Shown here: piece after piece, positions 1 to 9,058 of the stretch | Position numbering within the stretch: the stretch's first letter is position 1 | Layout of the letters: each line of letters opens with the position of its first letter | DNA from: Janthinobacterium lividum | GTDB lineage: Bacteria; Acidobacteriota; Terriglobia; Terriglobales; Acidobacteriaceae | Length of the DNA: 64,000 bases | Reading direction: 5' to 3' | Assembly: GCA_050954745.1 (NCBI GenBank) | Contig: JBPBQP010000055.1 | Span: 470-64,469, forward strand | Notes under the pieces: model-generated | What the model was told of the DNA's origin: nothing | Databases searched by the model: none | What the model saw: only the letters and a program-made list of their open reading frames with translations | Made by a program: the position numbers and the translations under genes

Positions 1-1422
1 CGCGGCCAGCCGCTGGAAGATGCCCGCATCCAGCACGCCGCCATCCGTGTGGACGGTGCTGTCGATGTAAAACAGTGTGGCACCCCAGCGGTCATGCGCG
101 TAGCGGATTTTCTGCAGCATGATGGCTTCCGCAGCGCTGTCGCTTAGGTAAACCTGCTGCGCCGTGCCGTTCGCGCCCTTCGTAAACTGCTGCGGTCGGA
201 TGCAGACGCCCGCGCGAAAGCCCGCACTGGTAATGATTTTGAAGTAGGCGTCATCCAGCTTCTGCCCCTTGAATTGCGAACTGCCGTCGGTGATGACCGA
301 GTCCATCTCGGGTGCTACCGTGGCAATCTGATCGGGTGAGCAGACGTAGCTGGTGGCCTGTGGATACTCCTCGCCTTCAAGATCCCAGGTGATGGTGCCC
401 TGCGCGTTGAGCCGTTGCAGGTTGGTCACGACGTCATGCGCGCGCTGCAGAACCACAGCCTGAAAGCGGGCCAGGCCCAGGGGGTTCCGGACATCGAAGT
501 CGTTGGCATTGCTGTCGTTGAAGTAGCGCCGTGGATTGTTGGGGTAACCGCCCGGGGTGGACACATCTCCACCGATGGGGGAGCTGGCCAGGTACGATGT
601 GCCGATGATGCGGCGATCTGTCCATTGCAGCTGCGCGGGCCACGTCTGCGCCCAGTTTGCATACACGTCGGTCGCTAGGACATTCAGGGGCGTGCCCGAG
701 GGTGCAAAACGAAGTGAGAGCGTAAAGGTGTCGGTCTGGCCGGGCTGAACTGGCCGGTCGTTGTGCGGCTGAAACGTCGCAAGCCCATCCGGCATGGTGC
801 TGCTGACCAGTGCGGAATAGATCGGCGACCCGCCGCCCGTTGGCCAAAAGGCGCTATACAGGGGCTTTGTAGCATCTGGCACAATGGCGGCAACTTCGCC
901 TGCACCGAAGTCAGCCAGCATTGCACTGGGTGCGGTGGTATTGAACTGGACCTGGGGGTAGCTGGCATTGGTGAAGCCGGCGGGCAGAGCGGGGAAGTGC
1001 AGCGCGAGCGCATAGATTGCCGCTCCGTCAAGGATCACACCAGAGTTGGCGCGATTCACCTCGGTCGTTACGATGTCCAGCGTGTCGCCATTTTGCACAA
1101 ACTGCGTGGTGATGGAACCCCAGGCGAACTGGTAGGTCCATGCGTGTGCCGCTGCGTCCCAGCGCCTGCCATTGTTGCTTTCGCCCCAGCCGTAGTTCGG
1201 CAGCAGATTGCCCTGCAGGTCTGTCGCTTTCATGTGCCAGATATGGAAAGCGTCTGCAGAAAAAGTCTGCGTGTTCTCCAGGACGGTGCCGTTGTAAGAC
1301 AGTTGCTGCAAGCCTGCTGAGCCGAACGAGACGGTTAACTGACTGACCGCCGGACGTACGAGCAGCAGGGCACACGAAAGGAAAAATACGCGCGTCGAAG
1401 GGAGCAATGCCAGTGTACGCAT
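1..1422 (-). CDS. Secreted protein of unknown function, 3'-truncated by the window edge (possibly glycoside-hydrolase-like; weak)
   Basis: My own translation of the minus strand. ATG at 1422 (MRTLALLPSTRVFFLSCALLLVRPAVSQ..., signal-peptide-like) stays open for 474 codons to base 1, so it is missing from the stop-bounded ORF track. The tracked ORFs here are shorter and in other frames. The function guess comes only from motifs such as TWDLEGEEYP and LFYIDS. Confidence 0.6.
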   Translation of the reverse strand, partial: MRTLALLPSTRVFFLSCALLLVRPAVSQLTVSFGSAGLQQLSYNGTVLENTQTFSADAFHIWHMKATDLQGNLLPNYGWGESNNGRRWDAAAHAWTYQFAWGSITTQFVQNGDTLDIVTTEVNRANSGVILDGAAIYALALHFPALPAGFTNASYPQVQFNTTAPSAMLADFGAGEVAAIVPDATKPLYSAFWPTGGGSPIYSALVSSTMPDGLATFQPHNDRPVQPGQTDTFTLSLRFAPSGTPLNVLATDVYANWAQTWPAQLQWTDRRIIGTSYLASSPIGGDVSTPGGYPNNPRRYFNDSNANDFDVRNPLGLARFQAVVLQRAHDVVTNLQRLNAQGTITWDLEGEEYPQATSYVCSPDQIATVAPEMDSVITDGSSQFKGQKLDDAYFKIITSAGFRAGVCIRPQQFTKGANGTAQQVYLSDSAAEAIMLQKIRYAHDRWGATLFYIDSTVHTDGGVLDAGIFQRLAA

Positions 1423-1499
1423 CCCGTCATGCTAAATGCGGCAAAGCCGTGGAATGATGTATGCGTGTTCGCTGACATCCCCGCCCAAGGTGAACAGGC

Positions 1500-2111
1500 T
1501 CAAAACGGCATTGCAGAGACGAGATGAGCCTTCACGATGTAACGCATGGGAGCACTTCCAATGAAGTTAAACGGATAACACGTAATCAACGTGACCTCCG
1601 GCTGGTTGGAGATATCCATGACATCCAGCTGGTCGGGCGACACGATCTTCATGGAATCGACCTGGTAGTGGTACGTGCCGTCTGTACCGGAAAGGCCTAT
1701 GTCCATGCCCTTGCGAATGTCTCGGATCGGGCGGAAGATCGCATCCCGATGCGCTGCCAACACCACGTTGCCCAGGCCGCCGGACTGTGCAGACCCGGGT
1801 ACATGGCCCACACCGCGACGCAGGTCGGTATCGCTGACTCCTTCTACTACGGGAGCATTCAGGTGCAGCGCCGGTATGGACAGCATGCCGATCCTGGTCC
1901 CGTCACTGACGTTTCGCGCTCCCGTGAGATAGGAAGCTCCAAGCTCAGCGTTTGGGATAATGTTCCCATCGACAGAGCCCTGTGCGGGCATGGCCGATTG
2001 CATGCGCGCCAGCACTGCAGGAGCAGCAAAGATCAGCAGAAGAAACGCGGCAGCCAGGCCCGTGACGAAGAAGCCACGTTCCAGCTGCCGCAGGGTACCC
2101 TTACCGATCAT
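1500..2111 (-). CDS. Sortase-family transpeptidase
   Basis: ORF 1500..2180, trimmed to ATG 2111 (MIGKG...) ahead of an N-terminal TM helix (FFVTGLAAAFLLLIFAAPAVLA). The catalytic motifs are visible: VVLAAHRD (His), EVTLITCYPF (TLxTC Cys) and APMRYIVKA (Arg). It overlaps the upstream LPHTG-protein gene by 11 nt. Confidence 0.85.
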   Translation of the reverse strand: MIGKGTLRQLERGFFVTGLAAAFLLLIFAAPAVLARMQSAMPAQGSVDGNIIPNAELGASYLTGARNVSDGTRIGMLSIPALHLNAPVVEGVSDTDLRRGVGHVPGSAQSGGLGNVVLAAHRDAIFRPIRDIRKGMDIGLSGTDGTYHYQVDSMKIVSPDQLDVMDISNQPEVTLITCYPFNFIGSAPMRYIVKAHLVSAMPF

Positions 2112-2967
2112 TACGAACAGCCACCGCAACCCGCGTAAACCGGGTGGCGAGCGCCGCACCGAAGCTGGCCAGAACAGCAAGCAACAGCGCCGGCATGGAA
2201 CTGCCCGTGTGTGGCAAAGCGGCCAACTTGGGACGACGCGGCGCCGAAGCTACCTGGCTGTCAGCCGGCGGTGCGGGCTGACGATGAACTGCGGGCTGAG
2301 GCCTAACCACAGGCGCAATGACTGCGCTGGAAGCGATGGGCCTAGGCGCTGGCACAGGGGCCGCCGCCGCTACCACCGGATTGCTGCCCTCGTTCGGCTC
2401 CGCGGCGACGTACTTCTTCGCAGAGATGCCTGCCTGGCCAGTCGATACCTTCGTCGCTTGCAAACTCCAAAGAGTCACGATGCGGGCATCTTCGTTGGAA
2501 AGCTTGTTGCCGTTGCTCTTCAAATTGTCAGAAGCCGGGTCGATGGCCAAGACCTGCTCCGGGCTCTTGGTGGCCAGCTTGGCCGCTTCAGCCTTCGGGT
2601 AGACAAATTCGATGGTGCCGCCACCGGGAAAGCGGAAGCCACGCATTGCCTGCGGTCCCTTTTCAATGGGAATCGCAATGGGGCCATTGCCGTTGCTCTG
2701 CATGCCCGAATGGAAGACGCCCAGGAAGGTCGACTCTACCTTGCCGTCATCCTTGCGAACCTCGATGATGGCCCGGTCCGTCAGGTGGTCCTTGATGACA
2801 AGGGTGTACCCGCCTGGCTTCAGCACCTTGCCGGGAACCTGGGTGTCGATCTTCAGCGTAAAGGGCGTATCGAGCGTGGCTGCGTCAGAGGCTGGTGTCG
2901 CCGTGGCATAAGCAAACGCGCACGGTGAAGACAGGGTGGCACAGAGGAGAAGAGAAGCAAGGCGCAT
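2101..2967 (-). CDS. Secreted protein with a C-terminal LPHTG cell-wall sorting signal (predicted sortase substrate)
   Basis: ORF 2101..3039, trimmed to ATG 2967 (MRLASLLLCATLSSPCAFA signal peptide, GGAAGGA upstream). The C-terminus has a Pro/Ala-rich linker, LPHTG (nt 2203-2217), a hydrophobic stretch SSMPALLLAVLASFGAALA and a basic tail TRFTRVAVAVRNDR. Confidence 0.8.
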   Translation of the reverse strand: MRLASLLLCATLSSPCAFAYATATPASDAATLDTPFTLKIDTQVPGKVLKPGGYTLVIKDHLTDRAIIEVRKDDGKVESTFLGVFHSGMQSNGNGPIAIPIEKGPQAMRGFRFPGGGTIEFVYPKAEAAKLATKSPEQVLAIDPASDNLKSNGNKLSNEDARIVTLWSLQATKVSTGQAGISAKKYVAAEPNEGSNPVVAAAAPVPAPRPIASSAVIAPVVRPQPAVHRQPAPPADSQVASAPRRPKLAALPHTGSSMPALLLAVLASFGAALATRFTRVAVAVRNDR

Positions 2968-3177
2968 CGTGGATCCTTCCATGAAAGCTTTTTTTCTGGG
3001 CGTTATCAGAGTGATGCTAAAACGGGACAATTTGTGCACTCAAGAAGAAACTTTAGTCGCACGACGTCTTGTTTTTGACAGGCCCGTTGGCCCTATGTGT
3101 GTGCTCGAAAAGTAGACTAGGGCGTGTACTGCGGGCGCACAAGCGGCGCTCTCTGACAGACAGGAGCGAAAAGACCC

Positions 3178-3777
3178 TTGGCCTCTGTATTGCTGCAGAA
3201 AGTGATCTTCCGCATCAGACGTCACTACATACCCCTGACCGCGGGCGCCGTAAGAAGGTGCTACTGGCGTCTGCTGGGCATGGAGGTCGGCGCAAAGGCC
3301 CGCCTGTCGCCGATGCTGGTGACCTGGCCGCACAAGATCGCCATTGGGGCGTGCTGCAGTTTTGAGCATGGTCTCTACTTCAACGCCGCCGGTGGGCATT
3401 CGACAGGCATTACCATTCGCATTGGCGAGGGAACCTTTATAGGCAGCGGCTGTGAGTTCAACGCGATCGAGTCCATCCAGATCGGCAAGAACTGCCTTAT
3501 CGCGAGTGGCTGCCGCTTTATCGACCACAACCACGGCGTGGAAGTGGGCACGCCAATGAAGGACCAACCCGAAATCTCTGCGCCCGTACGCGTCGGCTCT
3601 GATGTATGGATCGGAGTCCACTGCGTGATCCTCAAGGGCGTATCAATCGGCGACGGTGCAATCATTGCCGCGGGATCGATCGTGACCAAGTCCGTTGCGC
3701 CGAACAGCATCGTGGGCGGTGTTCCGGCACGGTTCATCCGTTCGCGGGTGGCAGAAAGACCTACCGCAACGCCCTGA
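3178..3777 (+). CDS. Hexapeptide-repeat (left-handed beta-helix) O-acetyltransferase
   Basis: 199 aa with a repeated [LIV]-G-x4 hexapeptide pattern (IGEGTFIGSGCEFN, IGKNCLIASGCRF, VGSDVWIGVHCVILKGVSIGDGAIIAAGSIV), typical of sugar/polysaccharide acetyltransferases. Its 3' end overlaps the convergent GT4 gene by 17 nt. Confidence 0.8.
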   Translation: MASVLLQKVIFRIRRHYIPLTAGAVRRCYWRLLGMEVGAKARLSPMLVTWPHKIAIGACCSFEHGLYFNAAGGHSTGITIRIGEGTFIGSGCEFNAIESIQIGKNCLIASGCRFIDHNHGVEVGTPMKDQPEISAPVRVGSDVWIGVHCVILKGVSIGDGAIIAAGSIVTKSVAPNSIVGGVPARFIRSRVAERPTATP

Positions 3778-4888
3778 ATTCCTGCAACAACTTGTCGGAG
3801 GACGCCTGCCAGGTATATCCAGCGGCCCGGGCATTGCCCCTGGCGATCCAGGCCTGTCGAACCGCTTCGTTCCGGACCAACTCTGTAATGGCATCCACGT
3901 GGCCTGAGACATCCTGTGGCGACAGCAGGATGCCGGCGTCGCCCGCAACCTCTGGAATACCAGTGGTGTTGCTGCTGACTACGGGCGTGCCGCTGGCCAT
4001 GGATTCGATGACCGGCATGCCAAAGCCGTCGTACAACGTAGGAAACCACACCACGGCGGCTGCCCGGTACAGCGCCACCAGCTGCTGCTCTTCCTGAAAT
4101 CCACCCAGAATGCAGGAAGAGCCAAGCGCCTTTGCCCGCGGCAGGTACACCTCGTCCGCGTGGTTGATGACGACCAACAGCAGTTCAGGGCAGCTTTGCT
4201 GAATGGCAGGCCATGCGTCCAAAATCAGGTCGGCGTTTTTGCGGAACTGCAGGCCGCCCGGCACCAGCACAAATCGCCGATCACGAACGCCGAGTGCGTC
4301 GAGTACCTTCAGGCCCTCGTCGGTGGCCGGGTGGAAAAAGCTGTCAGAGGCTGCATTTGGCACGACGCGCAATCGGTCACGCAGGGCGGGGAAGAAGTGA
4401 GCGGTACGCTCTGCTGCAAAGTTTGAAATCATCTGCAGCATGTCTGCTTCGCGATTTAACCGGGCAAACAGCAGACGCCACTTGAAGCGCTGTTTCTGTA
4501 GCCACCAGCTTGTCTTGTGGGCACCCTGCTCAAAATGCTGCGCGTCGTGGCAGGTTACAGCCAGCCGGGCCTTTCGCGTGGGCACGTACGACTCTGCCGT
4601 ACAGTGCACCAGCTCGGTTTCAGGCCAGTAACTCTCAGCAGCAGGGCGATTCAGCAGGATCCAGTGCAACTGCTGTGTTGAGGTGTCGCGATCAAACAGG
4701 TGGTACTCGAAGTCTGTCCACGGCTTGCCGACGGAACGTATCACCTTTTGGTGGTCTTGCCGGTCGGCCAGCACGTGGAGCGACACGCCGGGTGCCCTGT
4801 GCAGATGTTCGGTCAGCTCTCGGGAGACACGCCCTACACCCGTGGAGCGGTAGATATTCCGAAGGTGTACGTAGCTAAGTATGTTCAA
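3761..4888 (-). CDS. Glycosyltransferase family 4 (GT-B, Glycos_transf_1 type)
   Basis: 375 aa. The C-terminal motif FPTLYDGFGMPVIESMASGTPVVSSNTTGIPEVAGDAG is characteristic of GT4 enzymes. Confidence 0.85.
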   Translation of the reverse strand: MNILSYVHLRNIYRSTGVGRVSRELTEHLHRAPGVSLHVLADRQDHQKVIRSVGKPWTDFEYHLFDRDTSTQQLHWILLNRPAAESYWPETELVHCTAESYVPTRKARLAVTCHDAQHFEQGAHKTSWWLQKQRFKWRLLFARLNREADMLQMISNFAAERTAHFFPALRDRLRVVPNAASDSFFHPATDEGLKVLDALGVRDRRFVLVPGGLQFRKNADLILDAWPAIQQSCPELLLVVINHADEVYLPRAKALGSSCILGGFQEEQQLVALYRAAAVVWFPTLYDGFGMPVIESMASGTPVVSSNTTGIPEVAGDAGILLSPQDVSGHVDAITELVRNEAVRQAWIARGNARAAGYTWQASSDKLLQEFRALR

Positions 4889-4899
4889 TCGGGTTCCCG

Positions 4900-5310
4900 T
4901 TAGAGACGAATGGCTGTCCCCGTGGGTGTGATTGTACCGGCAGCCGGATGGAAATCGTCCGTGGTTTGCGGTTCAAACGGTGCACGCAGAGAGCCGTAAC
5001 TACGCCGGTGCGTGAAGCGATCGATCACGCGACCCTGCAGGTTGCGGACCCAGTTCTGCGGCGAAATAACCGGCGTTCGGGCGACCAGGGCGTGCAGCGC
5101 CGGGTCATCCATTTCGCGCAGTGCGGATTTCTGCTCGTCCGAAAGTGAAAGGCCTGTGCCAACAGGGGTGCTGTTCAGGCAGGGAACCGACGTGGAAGCA
5201 CATTCGGGGCAGGCAGACCGTGTCTTTATGACGCGGCTTGCCAACAAAGCGAGTACGCGGCTAGTGTGGCCGCACTCGCGACAGGTAAGCCAGATGGCAT
5301 TGCCGTTCAT
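4900..5310 (-). CDS. Hypothetical protein with an N-terminal zinc-ribbon-like CxxC...CxxC motif
   Basis: ORF 4900..5436. I prefer ATG 5310 (MNGNAIWLTCRECGH...SACPECAS) because GGAGGAG lies just upstream, while ATG 5436 has no RBS. It ends 12 nt upstream of the GT4 gene start on the same strand. Confidence 0.5.
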   Translation of the reverse strand: MNGNAIWLTCRECGHTSRVLALLASRVIKTRSACPECASTSVPCLNSTPVGTGLSLSDEQKSALREMDDPALHALVARTPVISPQNWVRNLQGRVIDRFTHRRSYGSLRAPFEPQTTDDFHPAAGTITPTGTAIRL

Positions 5311-5639
5311 AACTCCTCCAATTGGCCGCTCGACACTGGTGTTCATGAATCCCTCAACGACACTATCGGCAGAGAGTGTTTCCGCATTACCTGGGACCTG
5401 CAACTTGTCGCCGTGCTCCACTATGGACAGCAACATAGCATGACGTGTTCATGATTGCCCAGCATCATCGAGCGTGAGTCTTGCCACGGTGATTTGAGTC
5501 GTTCCATTTTGACCAGTTTCGGGACATCCAAGAAGACCGGTCCGATGTGGAATGCCAGTCAAACCAGCGTGGAACGCCCTGTGACTTGTGGCAGGGATTT
5601 CCGCAATGGCTGGGCTAGACTGTTGTTGGTGAACGGCTC

Positions 5640-6707
5640 ATGACACAAGCAGCAACGCTCGGCTCCCCGGTGGAGGCAGAGCGCCTCTCTACCTTTCCAG
5701 CAGTCAGTGATGGTGTCGCGATGGCGAATCTGGTCGGTACGCCGCACCTGTTCGGCAAGCTGAAGATGCTGCGCCGCGGCCACCTGATTCAGCCCATCGG
5801 TGTGCTGACACTGCAGCCCGACGGCCGCCTGACGGGCTACGCGCACCCGAATGAAGGCAGCTGGATACCGTACGCGCATGGCGAAGTGGATGCGGACAAG
5901 GCGTTCGCCTTTTTAACGGCGAACAATACCTGGATTCCGAGTTCGACCTGGACCCAGTCAATGGGTGACATGCCCGTGGGGTTTTTCTGTGATGAACCAG
6001 AGATGACGCAGGCCATGGACCGGCTGTGCCTGGTGCCGCACCGGGTGAATACCGACCCCAACGCGGTGGTCTACCTGGTCGCCTCTTGCCTGAAGTTCTA
6101 CGAAAAGACAGTGCCGCCCATACTGGAACAGCTCTTCCAAGAGGGCATTGAGCCGGAGCGCATTAAGGTGGTGGTCAACGGTTGTGAAGCTAACAGCGAC
6201 CGCACCCTGGGTGGCGTGGACTACGCCTTTACAGTCCATAACGGCTGGGAGTGGAGCACGCTGTATGAGGCGCCGCTCCGCTGGAACTTTCGTTACGGCT
6301 TTTTGATCCATGACACCAGCGTGGTCTTTCCCGGTTTTCGCCGCCGTGTGGAATCATTCAACGACGCCATGGAGTGGGATCAATTGCCTGCCTCTCCGCT
6401 GGCACGCTGCCTGCTGGGGCTGTACTCGCACGGCTTCCTGATGCGGTGCAACGCTTGGCTCAAAGGGACGGATGGTATCTCCAAGAGGGATGGCGTTCGT
6501 GCCGAAGTGGGTGCGGAGCTGCTGCTGCGCGCGCGGTCTGCCCTGGTGATTGGCGACCCTGAATACGCAGGTGGCGCGCGTGGGCCGGAGTGGCGCGAGA
6601 TTGTGGATTACTACAACACCGGTACGCCGCGCATCCGACGGGTATTTCCGTCGATTCGGGTCCACAAATTTATCCATAGCGGATCGTCGAGCGAGACCAG
6701 TCTGTAG
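5640..6707 (+). CDS. Hypothetical protein (355 aa), no family recognised
   Basis: Long ORF with coding-like composition, divergent from the zinc-ribbon/GT4 genes. I recognise no motif. The start is uncertain (an alternative ATG gives MANLVG...). Confidence 0.55.
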   Translation: MTQAATLGSPVEAERLSTFPAVSDGVAMANLVGTPHLFGKLKMLRRGHLIQPIGVLTLQPDGRLTGYAHPNEGSWIPYAHGEVDADKAFAFLTANNTWIPSSTWTQSMGDMPVGFFCDEPEMTQAMDRLCLVPHRVNTDPNAVVYLVASCLKFYEKTVPPILEQLFQEGIEPERIKVVVNGCEANSDRTLGGVDYAFTVHNGWEWSTLYEAPLRWNFRYGFLIHDTSVVFPGFRRRVESFNDAMEWDQLPASPLARCLLGLYSHGFLMRCNAWLKGTDGISKRDGVRAEVGAELLLRARSALVIGDPEYAGGARGPEWREIVDYYNTGTPRIRRVFPSIRVHKFIHSGSSSETSL

Positions 6708-6836
6708 CGTTGCCACGGTGCATTCATAGTTGCGGTTTATGCTTGCCGCATTCGATCGGCGGTATGTCCGCGTGACATCGTGGCGTGCGTTCGATTTGCG
6801 CGGGATGGTATTATTCGCCGCTTCTAGGGAGCCTTC

Positions 6837-8204
6837 TTGAACTGTTTTCGTCGTTACGCCTTGCTTGTCCCTTCGGCGCTCACCGCCGCCTGCCTGGGTG
6901 TCGCTGCACCATCACAACGGGCAAGTGCCCCCGCAGGCACGCCCGATCCCATCATCTTCGTTCACGGCAACGGAGATGATGCGTCGCGGTGGATTCCGAC
7001 CATCTGGCTGTTTGAATCGAATGGATTCCCGGCAGACCGGCTCAGCGCGATTCGCTTCCACAATCCGGTTGCACGCATCGACGACACTCTTGTGGAAGAA
7101 GGCCGTTCCAGTACCACCGAGGCCATGCAGGAGCTGTCGCGCTTTGTGCAGACAACGCTGCAGCGAACGCATGCGCGCAAGGTGGTGCTGATCGGCAGCA
7201 GCCGCGGCGGCCTGACGATCCGTAACTACGTGCAGAATGGTGGCGGCGCAGAGTTCGTCTCGGCAGAGGTGCTTTGCGGCACGCCCAACCATGGCGTGAA
7301 CGTCTCCGACAAAAGCACCGGCGGTGAGTTCAATGGCGGCGGTACATTCCTGACCGCACTGAACCGCCTAAACGGAAAAGGCCTGGAAGTGACGCCCGGC
7401 GTGCGCACGCTGACCCTGCGCAGCGACAATCTGGACAAATACGCACAGCCCACCGGCATTGGCCTGGGCGCGCCCGCGATGAAGACCGGCGTTACCTTCG
7501 AAGGTCCCTCGCTGATCGGCGCGGAAAATACCGTGCTGCCGGGCACCGACCATCGCGAGACAGCATTCTCGAACGCTGCGTTTGCGGCCATGTACCGCTT
7601 TGTAACCGGCGCCGCACCGAAGACGCTCGACATCAAGCCAGAAGCAAAGCCCACTCTTTCCGGGCTGGTCACCAGTGTGAACGGGGCGGCCGCGACCAAC
7701 GACGGGATGGGCGGCGTCCGCCTGCGCATTGCCGAGGTTCGGCCGGGTGTCGCGGACCATACCGTTTACGACAAGACCACCGACGCCAGCGGTGCCTGGG
7801 GTCCGGTCAAGGCTTCCAGCACGGTCGAATTGCTGTTCGATCTGGAGGCAAACGGCCGCCACGTGGTGTATTTCATGCCGCCGCTGACGCGGTCCACGGC
7901 ACTGCTGAACTTTCGCTTTGTGCCTTCGGGCCCGACTGCTGCAAAGAGCGCAAACGCCACGGCGCAGAGCGGCAATTTCCTGGTATCGCGGCCTGACGGT
8001 TACTTCAGCCGCGAGCGGGACGCGGTGTTGGTGAACGGCACGCAGGCGGCGAGTGAGCCAGCAGGCTTGCCGCTTCGGGATGCCTTTGCCGTCGAAACCA
8101 GTGATCTGAAACCGGTGGAGGTGCGCCTGCGCGGCGAGACGATCCTGGTCGAGCCTTCGCCCGATCCTTCGGCGGTGCTGACGATCGCCAATTTTCTGCG
8201 GTAG
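6837..8204 (+). CDS. Secreted alpha/beta-hydrolase, lipase/esterase-like
   Basis: TTG start with GGGAG 6 nt upstream and a signal peptide (ALLVPSALTAACLGVAAP). Motifs IIFVHGNGDD and VVLIGSSRGG (G-x-S-x-G nucleophile elbow), plus a C-terminal domain of about 250 aa with no family recognised. Confidence 0.75.
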   Translation: MNCFRRYALLVPSALTAACLGVAAPSQRASAPAGTPDPIIFVHGNGDDASRWIPTIWLFESNGFPADRLSAIRFHNPVARIDDTLVEEGRSSTTEAMQELSRFVQTTLQRTHARKVVLIGSSRGGLTIRNYVQNGGGAEFVSAEVLCGTPNHGVNVSDKSTGGEFNGGGTFLTALNRLNGKGLEVTPGVRTLTLRSDNLDKYAQPTGIGLGAPAMKTGVTFEGPSLIGAENTVLPGTDHRETAFSNAAFAAMYRFVTGAAPKTLDIKPEAKPTLSGLVTSVNGAAATNDGMGGVRLRIAEVRPGVADHTVYDKTTDASGAWGPVKASSTVELLFDLEANGRHVVYFMPPLTRSTALLNFRFVPSGPTAAKSANATAQSGNFLVSRPDGYFSRERDAVLVNGTQAASEPAGLPLRDAFAVETSDLKPVEVRLRGETILVEPSPDPSAVLTIANFLR

Positions 8205-8257
8205 TCCGCTTACGTTCGGCAGCGCGATTCTAGGTGCAGCCTCCGCTAAACTAGGCG

Positions 8258-9058
8258 ATGTCGCACCTAAGACCGATGCCTGCCGAAATCGTCCTTCAGC
8301 AATCCGGAAATAAGGCCGTCCTGGCGCAAATGCTGGAGGAGCTTGCAGCCCTGCGTGTGGCCCTGGCCAGCGGTGAAACGGCACTGGCAAAGGTGCGCGC
8401 CAAGCTGAAGACGTTTGAAGATCGCTACTTCCGTGAGGTTGGCGTGCTGTATGCGGAACTTGACGAACTGGAAGCCGGTATTGCAGAGCGGGAGGCTCGG
8501 CTTTACGACTCTGAAACTGCACGCAGCCGCGCCGCAGAGGCTCGGGAGCAGGCCAACAACAGCCGTGACGCAGCCGCTGACCACGCCGAGCCGGTCGAGA
8601 TGCCGGACCCTTCGCCCAGTCTGAAGGCACTGTTTCGAGACGTGGCGAAACGCATCCACCCAGACGTTGCGCAGGATAACGCAGAGGCCGAGTTCTTCAC
8701 CCTGCTGATGGCCCGTGCGAACCAGGCTTACCGCCGCGGTGATGCTGAAACGCTGCAGCGCATGCTCGACGACCATCGTGACCCGGTCGGGTTCGCCGGT
8801 GTGGATGGCATTGCGGCTGAAACGGGTCGCGCAGTGCGTCAGGTGCAGCATGTACGGCGCGATCTGGCTGCGCTGGAATCGGAACGCTATACGCTGCTGT
8901 CCAGCGAGCTTGCCGGTTTGCAGCGGGATGCCGAGGCGGTCGCAGGCGAGGGCCGAGACCTGCTGCTGGAGCTTGCCGCTGGCCTGCACCCGCAGATTGC
9001 AGATGCCCGCTATCGACTGGCCTTCCTCGAGAGGCAGATGTTCGCCCATGGCCGATAA
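8258..9058 (+). CDS. J-domain-like (DnaJ-class) protein with coiled-coil flanks
   Basis: 266 aa. The central segment LKALFRDVAKRIHPDVAQDNAEAEFFTLLMARANQAYRRGD carries the HPD tripeptide and J-domain helix II/III pattern. There is no Gly/Phe or zinc-finger region. Confidence 0.65.
   Translation: MSHLRPMPAEIVLQQSGNKAVLAQMLEELAALRVALASGETALAKVRAKLKTFEDRYFREVGVLYAELDELEAGIAEREARLYDSETARSRAAEAREQANNSRDAAADHAEPVEMPDPSPSLKALFRDVAKRIHPDVAQDNAEAEFFTLLMARANQAYRRGDAETLQRMLDDHRDPVGFAGVDGIAAETGRAVRQVQHVRRDLAALESERYTLLSSELAGLQRDAEAVAGEGRDLLLELAAGLHPQIADARYRLAFLERQMFAHGR

Noticed and set aside
7368-8630. 420-aa ORF on the minus strand spanning the lipase gene and the start of the J-domain gene
   Set aside because: It is antisense to two ORFs that carry recognisable motifs. 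Its translation is Arg/Ala/Gly/Pro-rich nonsense with no motifs, which is the typical GC-rich antisense artefact.
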